Notes under the pieces: generated by a model
The model's database searches: none
Seen by the model: only the letters and a program-made list of their open reading frames with translations
What the model was told of the DNA's origin: nothing
In this document: positions 53,721-63,313 of the stretch, one piece after another
How positions within the stretch are numbered: the first letter of the stretch is position 1
How the letters are laid out: each line of letters begins with the position of its first letter
Position numbers and translations under genes: made by a program
Origin: an uncultured Solirubrobacterales bacterium
Lineage (GTDB): Bacteria; Actinomycetota; Thermoleophilia; Solirubrobacterales; 70-9
Direction of reading: 5' to 3'
Length of the DNA: 64,000 bases
Assembly (NCBI GenBank): GCA_963744105.1
Contig: CAVUSJ010000010.1
Span: forward strand, 23,878-87,877

Positions 53721-54910
53721 TGGGCCGAGCCCTCCTCGGCGAGTCGGCTGATCCGGCCGCTGAAGATCGAGATGAAGAGCGCGGCGGAGAGCATCTGCAG
53801 GCCGAGGACCAGGAAGCTGGTGGAGAGCACCAGCGCCCGCGTGTCAGTGAAGACGTTGTTGCCGGCCCACTGGATCGTCAGCTGGACCAGCTTGGCGAAC
53901 GAGCCGACCATGAGCAGCGCGCCGAGCGCTGCGACCCCGAGCCGGAACCGCACGGAGATGATCCGCAGCAGCCACCTGGGCGGAGGCTTCCCGGCCTCGA
54001 CGCCGTACAGGGCGGCCGCCACTCCGAAGATCGTCAGCTGGAAGGCGGCGAGGACGCCGAGCGCGGCGACGATGAAGCTGTGGATGTTGAGCCCGAGGTA
54101 GGAGGTGGTGATCGGGCCGCTGGAGAGCAGGATCGCGCCGGTGATCGAGACGGCCATCAGCGTCAGGCCCGGCACGATGAAGGTGACCGTCGGGTTGTAG
54201 ATCAGCAGCAGCACGATCACCCGGCCGAGGATCCGCAGGCCGTCCTTCCAGGGGCTGAGCTTCTTCTCGCCGACGCGCGGCAGGTAGGAGATCGGGATCT
54301 CCGCCTCGCGCAGGCCGCGGGCCTTCGCCTTGATCCCGATCTCGGTCTCGATGTCGAAGCCGCGGGCCTCGGTGCCGAGCCGCTCCGCCTCCGAGCGGCG
54401 GATCGCGTAGAGACCGGTGAGCTGGTCCGCGCCCTCGAGGCCGTGGCTGATCGCCAGCAGCTTGTTGAAGAGCCAATTCCCGAACCGGTTGACGAGCGGC
54501 ATCGACTCCGGCTCGGACTCGCGGATGCCGCGGACCAGGTCGTTCTCGTCGAGGAGGTCGACCATCTCCTTGATGGCCGGGACGGGGTAGGTCGCGTCGG
54601 CGTCCATGATCACGACGTTCTCGCCCCGGGCCTCGGAGATGCCGGTGCGGATCGCGACGCCCTTGCCGCTGTTGGACTTGTGCTTGATCAGGCGGACCGG
54701 GTAGCGCTCCGCGACATCGGCTGTGTCGTCCGTGGAGCCGTCGTCCACCACGAGGACCTCATAGGAGCTGTCCAGGTACTCCCTGAGCTCGTCGAGGACG
54801 TGCGGGAGTGCCGCGCCCTCGTTGTACGCGGGAAGGACCACGGTCGTGCGGATGACGTCGGCGCTCGGCGCGCCCTCGTCGCCCGGCTTCTTCGAAGCGG
54901 TTACCGCCAT
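53705..54910 (-). CDS. polyprenyl-phosphate glycosyltransferase (GT2, Dpm1/GtrB/ArnC-like) with C-terminal TM helices
   Basis: 'TVVLPAYNEGAAL', 'VLVVDDGSTDDT', 'SGKGVAIRTG', 'VVIMDADATY', then four hydrophobic helices. Confidence 0.85.
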   Translation of the reverse strand: MAVTASKKPGDEGAPSADVIRTTVVLPAYNEGAALPHVLDELREYLDSSYEVLVVDDGSTDDTADVAERYPVRLIKHKSNSGKGVAIRTGISEARGENVVIMDADATYPVPAIKEMVDLLDENDLVRGIRESEPESMPLVNRFGNWLFNKLLAISHGLEGADQLTGLYAIRRSEAERLGTEARGFDIETEIGIKAKARGLREAEIPISYLPRVGEKKLSPWKDGLRILGRVIVLLLIYNPTVTFIVPGLTLMAVSITGAILLSSGPITTSYLGLNIHSFIVAALGVLAAFQLTIFGVAAALYGVEAGKPPPRWLLRIISVRFRLGVAALGALLMVGSFAKLVQLTIQWAGNNVFTDTRALVLSTSFLVLGLQMLSAALFISIFSGRISRLAEEGSAHWSRS

Positions 54911-54954
54911 GGGGGTGGGAAGGATAGGAGCGTTCGGGCCCTGTGGCGGGCGGG

Positions 54955-55569
54955 TCAGCCCGACTCTTCGGGCGCCTCGCCGCGTGCCGCGAGGATCTCC
55001 TCACGCTCGGCGAGGCGGTTGCGCCTGCGCGTCTCGGCCTCACGCTGGCGCCGCTCCTCGACCGGCGTCTCGGTCTCGAGCGGTGGCACGGGCATGGGCT
55101 TCCCCTCCGTATCCACCGCGACCATCGTCAGGTAGGCGGTGCTGGTCGCCCGGATCTCCCCGGTGACGGCGTTTTCGGCCTCGACGCGCACTCCGACCTC
55201 CATCGAGGTCCGCCAGACCGCGTTGACGCTCGCGACACAGCGCAGGAGTTCGCCCACGTAGACGGGGTGGAGGAACGTCATCCGGTCCATCCCGGCGGTC
55301 ACCACGCGGCTGCCCGCGTGGCGGATCGCCGCGATGCCCGCCGCCTCGTCGCACATCCGCATGACCACGCCTCCGTGCACGAACCCGGCCGAGTTCGCGT
55401 CCTGGATGCTCATCCAGCGGATCAGCTCGGAGCGCGAGCCCGCGACGGTGCGCGGGCCGGTCCGCTTGTCCTCGGCCTCCGCGATGGGGCCGATCCTAGT
55501 CGGGCTACTCTCCGGCCGACCATGCCCCGCCACGGCGACATCACGGTCGTCATCCCCTGCTTCAACCAC
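54955..55569 (-). CDS. hotdog-fold acyl-CoA thioesterase (YciA/BFIT-like); start uncertain
   Basis: 'QDANSAGFVHGGVVMRMCDEAAGIAA', 'VTAGMDRMTFLHPVYVGELL', 'VAVDTEGKPMPVP'. ATG 55569 overlaps the divergent GT2 start by 48 nt. The next canonical start is 55413. Confidence 0.7.
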   Translation of the reverse strand: MVEAGDDDRDVAVAGHGRPESSPTRIGPIAEAEDKRTGPRTVAGSRSELIRWMSIQDANSAGFVHGGVVMRMCDEAAGIAAIRHAGSRVVTAGMDRMTFLHPVYVGELLRCVASVNAVWRTSMEVGVRVEAENAVTGEIRATSTAYLTMVAVDTEGKPMPVPPLETETPVEERRQREAETRRRNRLAEREEILAARGEAPEESG

Positions 55570-56355
55570 GGGCGGTTCCTGCTCGAGTCGGTCGAGCGCG
55601 CCCTGGGCCAGAACGGCGGCCCGCCGCAGGTGATCGTCGTAGACGACGGCTCGACGGACGCCGAGACCGAGGAGGCGCTCGACTCGCTCCCCGACGGCGT
55701 ACGCCTGATCCGTCAGCAGAACTCAGGCGTCGCGGTCGCGCGCAACGCCGGGTTCGAGAACTCGGACTCCGATCTGCTCCTGATGGTCGACGCCGACGAC
55801 CGGCTCACCCTCGACGCCCTCGACGTGCTTCGTCCGCCGCTCGAGGCAAATCCGGACGTCGGGTATTGCTACGGCCTGATGAAGCTGATCGGCGCCTGGT
55901 CCGGCGTCCTGCGCTTCCCCGACTTCGACCCCTACATCCTCCTGCACCGCTCGATCGCCGGCGCGCAGCTCGGTCTGGTGCGGCGCAGGTGCTGGGAGGA
56001 CGCGGGCGGCTTCGACCCCGCGATCGACGGCTACGAGGACTGGGACTTCTGCCTGAGCGCTCTCGAGAAGGGCTGGCGCGGACTCCAGATCGACCGGGTC
56101 ACCCACGAGTACCGCAAGCACGAGCGCTCGGGGAACGAGGAGCACCGTCGCCGCTACCGCCACGTCTACCGGCAGCTCCGCGCCAAGCACGCCGATCTGT
56201 TCGCCCGCCGCCCCGAGTTCGCGAAGCAGACTCCGCTCAACCCGCTGCAGCGCTTCACCTACCGCACCTACTTCGCCTGGCGCCCAATCCCGGCGCGGGT
56301 GGAGAAGGCGCTCTACTCGAAGGTCCTCTTCAGGGAGCGCGCAGGGGCGGACTGA
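55522..56355 (+). CDS. family 2 glycosyltransferase
   Basis: 'ITVVIPCFNHGRFL', 'VIVVDDGSTD', 'LLLMVDADD', 'GYEDWDFCL'. Confidence 0.8.
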   Translation: MPRHGDITVVIPCFNHGRFLLESVERALGQNGGPPQVIVVDDGSTDAETEEALDSLPDGVRLIRQQNSGVAVARNAGFENSDSDLLLMVDADDRLTLDALDVLRPPLEANPDVGYCYGLMKLIGAWSGVLRFPDFDPYILLHRSIAGAQLGLVRRRCWEDAGGFDPAIDGYEDWDFCLSALEKGWRGLQIDRVTHEYRKHERSGNEEHRRRYRHVYRQLRAKHADLFARRPEFAKQTPLNPLQRFTYRTYFAWRPIPARVEKALYSKVLFRERAGAD

Positions 56356-56412
56356 CCGTCACAACTGGCGTCTCCGCTTCGTCCTCTCTGTGAGACGAAG
56401 AAAGGAGCCGTC

Positions 56413-56718
56413 ATGAACGCCGAACCGAGGTCACCGACCACAACCGAGGTCATCGATGAGGTCTCGAAATGGGGTGTGGGAGCCGGGATCCTGGTGGTGG
56501 CGGTCGCTCCGCTGGCGATCCCGATCCTGGTCCTCACCCTTGCGACGGTGGTGCTGCTCGCCGTGCCGGCGATCCCGCTCGCCCTGATCGCGGGCCTGAT
56601 CTATCTCCCGGTCAGGATCGCGCGCGGCATCCGCGGCCGGCGCCGGCCGCTACGCCGCGGGGGCGCGGCAGAGGAAGAGGTGCTCGTCGGGGTCGAGCTC
56701 GGACCGGCCCACCACTGA
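56413..56718 (+). CDS. small two-helix membrane protein
   Basis: Strong RBS AAAGGAG 6 nt before the ATG. '[43 protein letters not shown]'. The Arg-rich tail overlaps the convergent gene by 69 nt. Confidence 0.5.
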   Translation: MNAEPRSPTTTEVIDEVSKWGVGAGILVVAVAPLAIPILVLTLATVVLLAVPAIPLALIAGLIYLPVRIARGIRGRRRPLRRGGAAEEEVLVGVELGPAHH

Positions 56719-57473
56719 CTCATCGAACAGATCGGCCGGTGTCCGGTCGGAGACCTCGAAGCCGGCCTCGCGGAGCCGATCGGCGAGGTCCGCGCCATAG
56801 ATCCGGACGTGGTCCTGCTGGCCGAAGGCGACCATGCGATCGAGGGGCGCGGTGATTTGGGGGTCCTCGTAGGTGGACACGTCTGACCGATAGGGCGTCA
56901 GGACGAGGGCCAGGCCACCCGGCGCCAGCACCCGGCGCAGCTCGGACATCGCCGCCAGGTCGTCGGGGACGTGCTCGAGCACGTGGCTGCAGAGGATCAG
57001 GTCGAACGAGCCGTCCAGCAGGTCCATCCGCGTGATGTCGAGCTGAAGGTCCGCGGGCGCGTAGAGGTCGGCGGTGGTTCGCTCGATCTCGGGCAGCCGG
57101 GCGAAGACCGGATCGAAGAGGGCTCGGGGGCGAAGTGAAGGAGCCGGCGCCCGGGCAGGTCGCCGCGCGCGAGCAGCAGGGCGATCGCGCGGTGGCGGGG
57201 ATGGGAGCGGCAGCGCGGGCAGATGCCGCCGAATCCCGCGACCCGGCGCCGGGACATCCGCTTGAAGTGGCCGCCGCAGCAGGGGCACTCCCGGCCCTCG
57301 CCGCGCAGCAGCCTCGCGCTGATGCGTCCGTTGAACTCGGCGGCGGCGTAGAGCAGGCGGGCCAGCCGGTGGTGGCGTAGGACCCACTCGATCCCCTCGG
57401 CCAGCCAGACCGCGACCCGCAGCCGCATCGATGGGGCCTCGAAGACCGGGCCGCCCCGCGGAAGGTCAGCCAC
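56650..57473 (-). pseudogene. Zn-ribbon plus class I SAM-dependent methyltransferase, frame broken near 57115-57135
   Basis: ORF 56997..57473 gives 'CPCCGGHF...[11 protein letters not shown]...[10 protein letters not shown]'. ORF 56650..57387 continues '[21 protein letters not shown]...[16 protein letters not shown]...[12 protein letters not shown]'. The junction lies in GCCCCCGAGCCC (C-runs on the coding strand). Confidence 0.7.
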
Positions 57474-58266
57474 GCGCGCCGATCTTCCGCAGCAGCTTCA
57501 CGACGCCGCGAGGCTCCGGGTGAGGCCAGGAGGAGATCCGCGGCAGGATCGCGCGGCGGGCGCCCTCGTAGCCGCGCATGATCCCGCGCTGCAGCGGGTT
57601 CCGGGCCCACCTAAGGCGAATCGCCTTCGCCTCGTTGAGCTGGACCCAGACGTCCGTGGTCGTCTTGCTGGTCGGGTGGTAGCGGAAGTTGAGCACCGGC
57701 TCCTCGACCAGCTCGACTCGGGCCCCGCGCAGCAGCCGCAGGTAGAAGTCGTAGTCGGCCGCGTCGACGTAGGCCTCGTTCAGGGACGGCGCCTGCACGA
57801 GGAGCTCGCGGCGCCAGATGATCGTCGGGGTGGTGACGAACTGGCCGAGGTAGAGGTAGCGGCGCCAGCTGAACTTCGGTGGCACCAGCGTGCGGAAGAT
57901 CTCGCCGTGCTCGTCGACGTAGTTGACGCCGCCGAAGATCGCGCCCAGGTTCGGGTCGCGGTCGAAGCGCTCGAGCGCCCGGTCGACCGCCTCGGGGATG
58001 TAGGCGTCGTCGGCGTTGACCCAGGCGAGCAGGTCGCCTCGCGCCATCCGCAGCCCCTTGTTGACCGCCTCGGTCTGCCCGCTGTCCGGCTCGGAGATCC
58101 AGGTGAGGTGCGGATCCTCGCGTCCCTCCAGCAGCTCGACCGTGCCGTCGTCCGAGTTGCCATCGACGACGATGTGCTCGTGCGGCGTCCGCAGGGCGGC
58201 GACGCTGTCGAGCGTGTCCGGCAGGTAGCGCGCCATGTTGTAGGCAGGGGTGATTACGGAGAGCAC
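57466..58266 (-). CDS. family 2 glycosyltransferase
   Basis: 'LSVITPAYNMARYL', 'HIVVDGNSDDGT', 'LAWVNADDAY'. Confidence 0.8.
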   Translation of the reverse strand: MLSVITPAYNMARYLPDTLDSVAALRTPHEHIVVDGNSDDGTVELLEGREDPHLTWISEPDSGQTEAVNKGLRMARGDLLAWVNADDAYIPEAVDRALERFDRDPNLGAIFGGVNYVDEHGEIFRTLVPPKFSWRRYLYLGQFVTTPTIIWRRELLVQAPSLNEAYVDAADYDFYLRLLRGARVELVEEPVLNFRYHPTSKTTTDVWVQLNEAKAIRLRWARNPLQRGIMRGYEGARRAILPRISSWPHPEPRGVVKLLRKIGARG

Positions 58267-58298
58267 GGCCGGCGCAGGTTAGGCATCATTGCCGCCCA

Positions 58299-58850
58299 GT
58301 GGAGGTGCTGCCTACCCAACTCGAGGGCCCGATCCTGCTGCAACCGGAGGTCTTTCGCGACGAGCGCGGCTTCTTTCACGAGACCTATCGCCGCAACGTC
58401 TTCGACGAGCTCGGCATCTCAGACGAGTGGGTCCAGGACAACCACTCGCGCTCGAGCCGCGGCGTCGTTCGCGGGATGCACTTCCAGCCCGGAATGGCCA
58501 AGCACGTCCGCTGCGCCCGCGGCGAGATCGTCGACGCCCTCGTCGATTTGCGGCGGGGCTCGCCGACGTTCGGCGAGTGGGAGGCCTTCACGCTCAACGA
58601 CGAGAACCTCCACCAGCTCTACTGCCCGGACGGCTTCGCCCACGGCTTCTGCGTCACCAGCGAGATCGCGGACGTGATCTACATGTGCTCGGCCTACTAC
58701 GACCCGGAGGCCGAGAGCGGGATCTCCTACAGGGACCCCGACATCGGCATCGAGTGGCCGGACATCGAGCTGACCCCATCGGAGAGGGACGCGGCCGCGC
58801 CGCTCCTCAAGGATGTTGAGAGTCAGCTCCCCTTCGTCTACGAGGGCTAG
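58299..58850 (+). CDS. rfbC: dTDP-4-dehydrorhamnose 3,5-epimerase
   Basis: 'FRDERGFFHETY', 'NHSRSSRGVVRGMHFQ', 'FAHGFCVTS', 'YYDPEAESGISY'. Confidence 0.88.
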   Translation: MEVLPTQLEGPILLQPEVFRDERGFFHETYRRNVFDELGISDEWVQDNHSRSSRGVVRGMHFQPGMAKHVRCARGEIVDALVDLRRGSPTFGEWEAFTLNDENLHQLYCPDGFAHGFCVTSEIADVIYMCSAYYDPEAESGISYRDPDIGIEWPDIELTPSERDAAAPLLKDVESQLPFVYEG

Positions 58851-59661
58851 GGCTCTCCGACGTCTCGCCGCGTGAGCGCAGCCCCGGCCGGAGGCGAACG
58901 GCGCGCGGCGTCGACTCCGGGTCGGTTCCCGGGCGCATGTAGTCGCCTCGGCTCATGTAGCGCTCGAGCAACACGTAGAGGACGATGAAGAGGTAGCGGC
59001 TGCCCATCTCGCGCAGGTCGAGCTTGGAGGTGCCCTGGCTGCGGCCGTGCCAGGAGATCGGGACCACGCCGTAGCTGTGGCCGCGGACGATCGCCTTCAA
59101 CGGCATCTCCACCGTCAGGTTGAAATGGTTCGCCAGGAGCGGCTGGATCGTCTCGATCACCTCGCGCCGGTAGGCCTTGAAGGCGTTGGTGGTGTCGTCG
59201 TAGCCGTGACGGAAGAGCGCCCGGATCCCCCAGTTGAAGAGCCGGTTGAGGATCAGCTTGAAGCGCGGGTAGTCGCTCACCCGGCCGCTGCCGCCGATGA
59301 AGCGCGAGCCGAAGGCGCAGTCGAAGCCGTCCTCCAGGACCTGGTGGTAGCGGACGAGGTCCGCCGGGTCATCGGAGCCGTCGGCCATCATGATCGCGAC
59401 GGCGTCGCCCTTGTAGAGGTCGAGGCCCGCCCGCACCGTGAGCCCGAACCCGCGGCTGTAGTGGGAGCGGTAGGAGTGGACCCGCTCGTTCGACTCACCG
59501 ATCTGGTCCACGACGGCGCTGGTCCCGTCGACGCTGGCGTCGTCGATGACCAGGATCTCGTGGTCGATCCCCGCCTCCGAGAGGGCGTCGGTGGTGTTCC
59601 GCACGCAGGCCGCGATCGAGCCGGCCTCGTTGCGAGCGGGGATCACGACGGAGAGCTTCAT
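58807..59661 (-). CDS. family 2 glycosyltransferase (Dpm1-like soluble type)
   Basis: ATG 59661 overlaps the upstream stop (ATGA). 'LSVVIPARNEAGSI', 'ILVIDDASVDGT', 'AIMMADGSDDP'. The last 44 nt overlap the convergent rfbC. Confidence 0.8.
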   Translation of the reverse strand: MKLSVVIPARNEAGSIAACVRNTTDALSEAGIDHEILVIDDASVDGTSAVVDQIGESNERVHSYRSHYSRGFGLTVRAGLDLYKGDAVAIMMADGSDDPADLVRYHQVLEDGFDCAFGSRFIGGSGRVSDYPRFKLILNRLFNWGIRALFRHGYDDTTNAFKAYRREVIETIQPLLANHFNLTVEMPLKAIVRGHSYGVVPISWHGRSQGTSKLDLREMGSRYLFIVLYVLLERYMSRGDYMRPGTDPESTPRAVRLRPGLRSRGETSESPSPRRRRGADSQHP

Positions 59662-60731
59662 ACGGGTGCGCTCGCCCAACGCTCGGCGTTGATGTCGTGG
59701 ATCTGCTGGAGGATCGATTCGATCCCCTGCGTCAGATTCCAGCCGGGGTAGTCGCGCTGGAACTCCCCGAGGTCGCTGATCCACCAGCGGTGGTCGCCGA
59801 TGCGTGCGTCGGGGCTGAGCTCCCAGTCGAGCTCCCGGCCGGCGATCCGCTGGCACGCCTCGATCGCCTCGAGCATCGAGCAGTTCGACTCTCGGCCGCC
59901 GCCCATGTTGTAGACCGCGGCCGCCCGCGGAGATCGGTGGAACTCGAGAAAGGCCTCGACCAGATCGGAGCCCGCGATGTTGTCCCTCACCTGCTTGCCC
60001 TCGTAGCCGAAGACCGTATAGCGGGTCCCGGTGACCACGCACTTCATCAGGTAGGCGAGGAAGCCATGGAGCCGCGCCCCGGCGTGGGAGGGCCCGGTGA
60101 TGCAGCCGCAGCGCAGGCAGACCGTCGGCATGTCGAAGTAGCGGCCGTACTCCTGGACGAGCAGGTCGGCCGCGGCCTTGGAGACGCCGAAGAGCGAGTG
60201 CGTGGAGCGGTCGATCGACATCGTCGTGTCGATCCCGCCGAAGTAGGGGTGGTCCTCGGGAAGCTCCAGGCGGGTCTCTTGGTCCTCCAGCGGGAGGAAG
60301 TTGGGTGTGTCGCCGTAGACCTTGTTCGTCGACATGAAGACGAAGGTCGCCTCCGGCTTGACCTCACGAGCAGCCTCCAGCAGGTTGAGCGTGCCGGTCG
60401 CGTTCACGCCGAAGTCGGTGTGGGGCTCGCGCGCCGCCCAGTCGTGGGACGGCTGCGCGGCGGCGTGGATGACCAGCTCGAGATCGGAGGCGTTCTCCCG
60501 GAAGACCCGCATCACCGCGTCGCGGTCCCGGATGTCGGTGTCGATTCCTTTGAACTCCGGATAGGCCCGGACGAGCTCGTCGGTGACGTGCGCGGTGGAA
60601 GCCTCCGGACCGAAGAACCGCGCCCGCATGTCGTTCTCGAGCCCGATCACCTCCCAGCCGCTCTCGACGAGGCGGCGGACCGAGTCCGATCCGACCAGGC
60701 CGCCGGAGCCCGTGACGATCGCCAGCGCCAT
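59658..60731 (-). CDS. NAD-dependent epimerase/dehydratase (CDP-paratose 2-epimerase-like)
   Basis: 'AIVTGSGGLVGSDSV', 'MSTNKVYGD', 'FGVSKAAADLL' (YxxxK-type with S/K), 'GKQVRDNI'. Confidence 0.8.
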   Translation of the reverse strand: MALAIVTGSGGLVGSDSVRRLVESGWEVIGLENDMRARFFGPEASTAHVTDELVRAYPEFKGIDTDIRDRDAVMRVFRENASDLELVIHAAAQPSHDWAAREPHTDFGVNATGTLNLLEAAREVKPEATFVFMSTNKVYGDTPNFLPLEDQETRLELPEDHPYFGGIDTTMSIDRSTHSLFGVSKAAADLLVQEYGRYFDMPTVCLRCGCITGPSHAGARLHGFLAYLMKCVVTGTRYTVFGYEGKQVRDNIAGSDLVEAFLEFHRSPRAAAVYNMGGGRESNCSMLEAIEACQRIAGRELDWELSPDARIGDHRWWISDLGEFQRDYPGWNLTQGIESILQQIHDINAERWASAPV

Positions 60732-61816
60732 CAGCTCACGCCCGTCGCGGGGTCCAGGCCCAGGGCCTGCGCGAGGCTCGACTCGTTCTCGACCGTCCAG
60801 CGGTGGATGTCGGTCAGCACCCGGCGGGGATCGCGGCTCGGGCGCCAGCCGGTTCGCTCGAACAGCCGCCCGCAGTCGGCGAGGAAGATCGGGACGTCAC
60901 CGGGCCGGGTCTCCGGCTCGCTTCCGATCGGGACCTCGCTGCCAGTCAGCTCCCGGCAGATCTCGGTGGTCTCGACCAGCGAGAGGCTGTGCTCGCGGCC
61001 GCCGCCGACGTTCCCGACGAAGCCGGCCCAGCCGTCGGGGTCCGAGAGCTGCTCGTCGATCAGCTCGACGAGGTCCTCGACGTGCAGGAGGTCGCGGACC
61101 TGCTTGCCCGTCCCGCCGAAGCCGATGTAGCTGAGCGGCAGCCCGAAGTGGTGGTGGAAGAGCCAGAAGGCGAAGACGCCCTGATCGACCTTGCCCATCT
61201 GCCAGGGGCCGGCGATCACGCCGCAGCGGTTCACGACCGCTTGGAGGCCGAACCCCTCCGCGTACTCGGCGATCAGAAGCTCGGCGGCGAGCTTCGTCGC
61301 GCCGTACAGGGTCCGCGTGCCCTCGAGCGGGAAGTCCTCGGAGATCCCGGCGGCCGAGGCGCCGGGCACCTTCTGCTCGCCGGAGAGCTCGAACCGCGCC
61401 GGGCCCTCCTCGTAGGCGAGGTCGCGCTGGGCCTGAACGGGGTAGACGCGGCTGGTCGAGAGGAAGACGAGCTGGGCGTGGTCGCGGCGCGCGAGCTCGA
61501 GGCAGTTGTAGGCGCCGGTGAGGTTGGTGTGCACGGTGTACGCGGTCTCGCCATCGGCGCCGGCCAGGGCAGAGGGCTCGGCCGAGCACTCGATCAGGGC
61601 ACCGACCGGCTCCAACCGCATCAGCGCCTCAGGCTCGCGCACGTCGCCCTTCACGAAGCGGATTCCGGCCCCCTCCAGGCGCGGCACGTTGAGCTCGGAT
61701 CCGCGCCTGTGCAGGTTGTCGTAGGCGACGATCTCCCAGTCGGGATGGCGGGCACGCAGCGATACGCCGAGGCTGGCGCCGACGAATCCCGCACCGCCTG
61801 TGATCAGGACCCGCAT
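60731..61816 (-). CDS. NAD-dependent epimerase/dehydratase (CDP-paratose 2-epimerase-like), paralog of the downstream gene
   Basis: Start at 'MRVLITGGAGFVGASL'. 'YDNLHRRGSELN', 'YGATKLAAE', 'GKQVRDLLHVEDL'. 1-nt stop/start overlap with the next gene. Confidence 0.8.
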   Translation of the reverse strand: MRVLITGGAGFVGASLGVSLRARHPDWEIVAYDNLHRRGSELNVPRLEGAGIRFVKGDVREPEALMRLEPVGALIECSAEPSALAGADGETAYTVHTNLTGAYNCLELARRDHAQLVFLSTSRVYPVQAQRDLAYEEGPARFELSGEQKVPGASAAGISEDFPLEGTRTLYGATKLAAELLIAEYAEGFGLQAVVNRCGVIAGPWQMGKVDQGVFAFWLFHHHFGLPLSYIGFGGTGKQVRDLLHVEDLVELIDEQLSDPDGWAGFVGNVGGGREHSLSLVETTEICRELTGSEVPIGSEPETRPGDVPIFLADCGRLFERTGWRPSRDPRRVLTDIHRWTVENESSLAQALGLDPATGVS

Positions 61817-61889
61817 CTCGAGGGCGAGGTTAACCACTGCCCTCATGGGGAGGTGAACGGCCGTCTTCTGCGACCATTCCGCGCCGGAC

Positions 61890-62924
61890 ATGAATCCCTC
61901 GAACGGCAAGCGAGCCCTGATCACGGGCATCTCCGGCCAGGACGGCTCCTACCTGGCCGAACTGCTGCTCGAGAAGGGATACGAGGTCCACGGGATCGTC
62001 CGGCGCTCCTCGAGCTTCAACACCCACCGGATCGACCACCTCTACCACGACCCCCACGAGCAGGGGGTCAGGCTGTTCACGCACTACGGCGACCTGACCG
62101 ACGCCGTCGCCCTGGTCAAGCTGCTCTACCAGCTCCAGCCCGACGAGATCTACCACCTGGGCGCGCAGAGCCACGTCCGCGTGTCGTTCGACATCCCGGA
62201 GTACACCTTCGACGTCACGGGTGCGGGCACCATCCGGCTGCTCGAGGCGGTCCGCGAGGCGGGCGTCGATTCGCGCTTCTACCAGGCGTCCTCCTCCGAG
62301 ATGTTCGGTGCGGCGCCGCCTCCGCAGGACGAGCAGACGCCGTTCCACCCCCGCAGCCCCTACGGCGTCGCGAAGGTCGCGTCCTACTGGGCGACGGTCA
62401 ATTACCGCGAGGCGTACGACATGTTCGCCGTCAACGGAATCCTCTTCAACCACGAGTCCCCCCGCCGCGGCGAGACCTTCGTCACCCGCAAGATCACCCG
62501 CGCCGTCGCCCGGATAAAGGCCGGCCTGCAGGACAAGCTCTTCCTCGGCAACCTCGATGCGCAGCGCGACTGGGGCTACGCGAAGGAATACGTCGAGGCG
62601 ATGTGGCTGATGCTGCAGGCCGACGATCCCGACGACTTCGTGATCGCCACAGGCGAGACCCACAGCGTGCGCGAGGCGGTGGAGATCGCCTTCGCCCGCG
62701 CCGGTCTGAGCGCCGACCACCACGTCGAGATCGACCCGAAGTACTACCGGCCGTCCGAGGTGGACGTGCTCCTGGGCGACGCCTCCAAGGCGAAGGAGAC
62801 CCTCGGCTGGGAGCCGAAGGTCCGCTTCAAGGAGCTGGTCGAGCTGATGGTCGACGCCGACGTCGCCGAGCTCGAGGACCAGATGGCGGGCAAGGTGACC
62901 CGCTACTCGCACGAGGGCGCCTAG
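61890..62924 (+). CDS. gmd: GDP-mannose 4,6-dehydratase
   Basis: '[27 protein letters not shown]', 'SSSEMFG', 'SPYGVAKV', '[17 protein letters not shown]'. Confidence 0.92.
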   Translation: MNPSNGKRALITGISGQDGSYLAELLLEKGYEVHGIVRRSSSFNTHRIDHLYHDPHEQGVRLFTHYGDLTDAVALVKLLYQLQPDEIYHLGAQSHVRVSFDIPEYTFDVTGAGTIRLLEAVREAGVDSRFYQASSSEMFGAAPPPQDEQTPFHPRSPYGVAKVASYWATVNYREAYDMFAVNGILFNHESPRRGETFVTRKITRAVARIKAGLQDKLFLGNLDAQRDWGYAKEYVEAMWLMLQADDPDDFVIATGETHSVREAVEIAFARAGLSADHHVEIDPKYYRPSEVDVLLGDASKAKETLGWEPKVRFKELVELMVDADVAELEDQMAGKVTRYSHEGA

Positions 62925-62942
62925 CTTCGGCGAATCGCCGCC

Positions 62943-63272
62943 CTATCCGAGCACCCAGAACTCCCTGAACGGCTTCGTCAGGTGCCACCTCGTGCTGGCA
63001 CCCTTGGGGATTGAGAAGAGGTCGCCCTCCTTGACCTCAAGGGTCGGGCCTCCCTCGATCTCGATCGTGGCCGCACCCTCGAGAACCAGGGCCGTCTCAC
63101 GCTCCTCGAGAGTCCATTCGACAACCTCGTCGCCTGCGTCGGTGAAGCGCGTGAGCCCGGCCCAAACCCCTTCGTGGTGCAGTTCATGCATCTCGCCGCC
63201 TACCTCAGGATCGGGCTCCCACCCGTCAGGAGTCGTGAGGCTGGAAACGAAGACGCCGGGCGCGATCTCCAT
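62943..63272 (-). CDS. small cupin-fold protein
   Basis: Start at 'MEIAPGVF'. 'VLEGAATIEIEGGPTLEVKEGDLFSIPKGASTRW' is a cupin-like beta-barrel motif. Confidence 0.6.
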   Translation of the reverse strand: MEIAPGVFVSSLTTPDGWEPDPEVGGEMHELHHEGVWAGLTRFTDAGDEVVEWTLEERETALVLEGAATIEIEGGPTLEVKEGDLFSIPKGASTRWHLTKPFREFWVLG

Positions 63273-63313
63273 GGAATCGACCCTAGCCGAGGGTCGATTC
63301 GAACGCAAAACGC

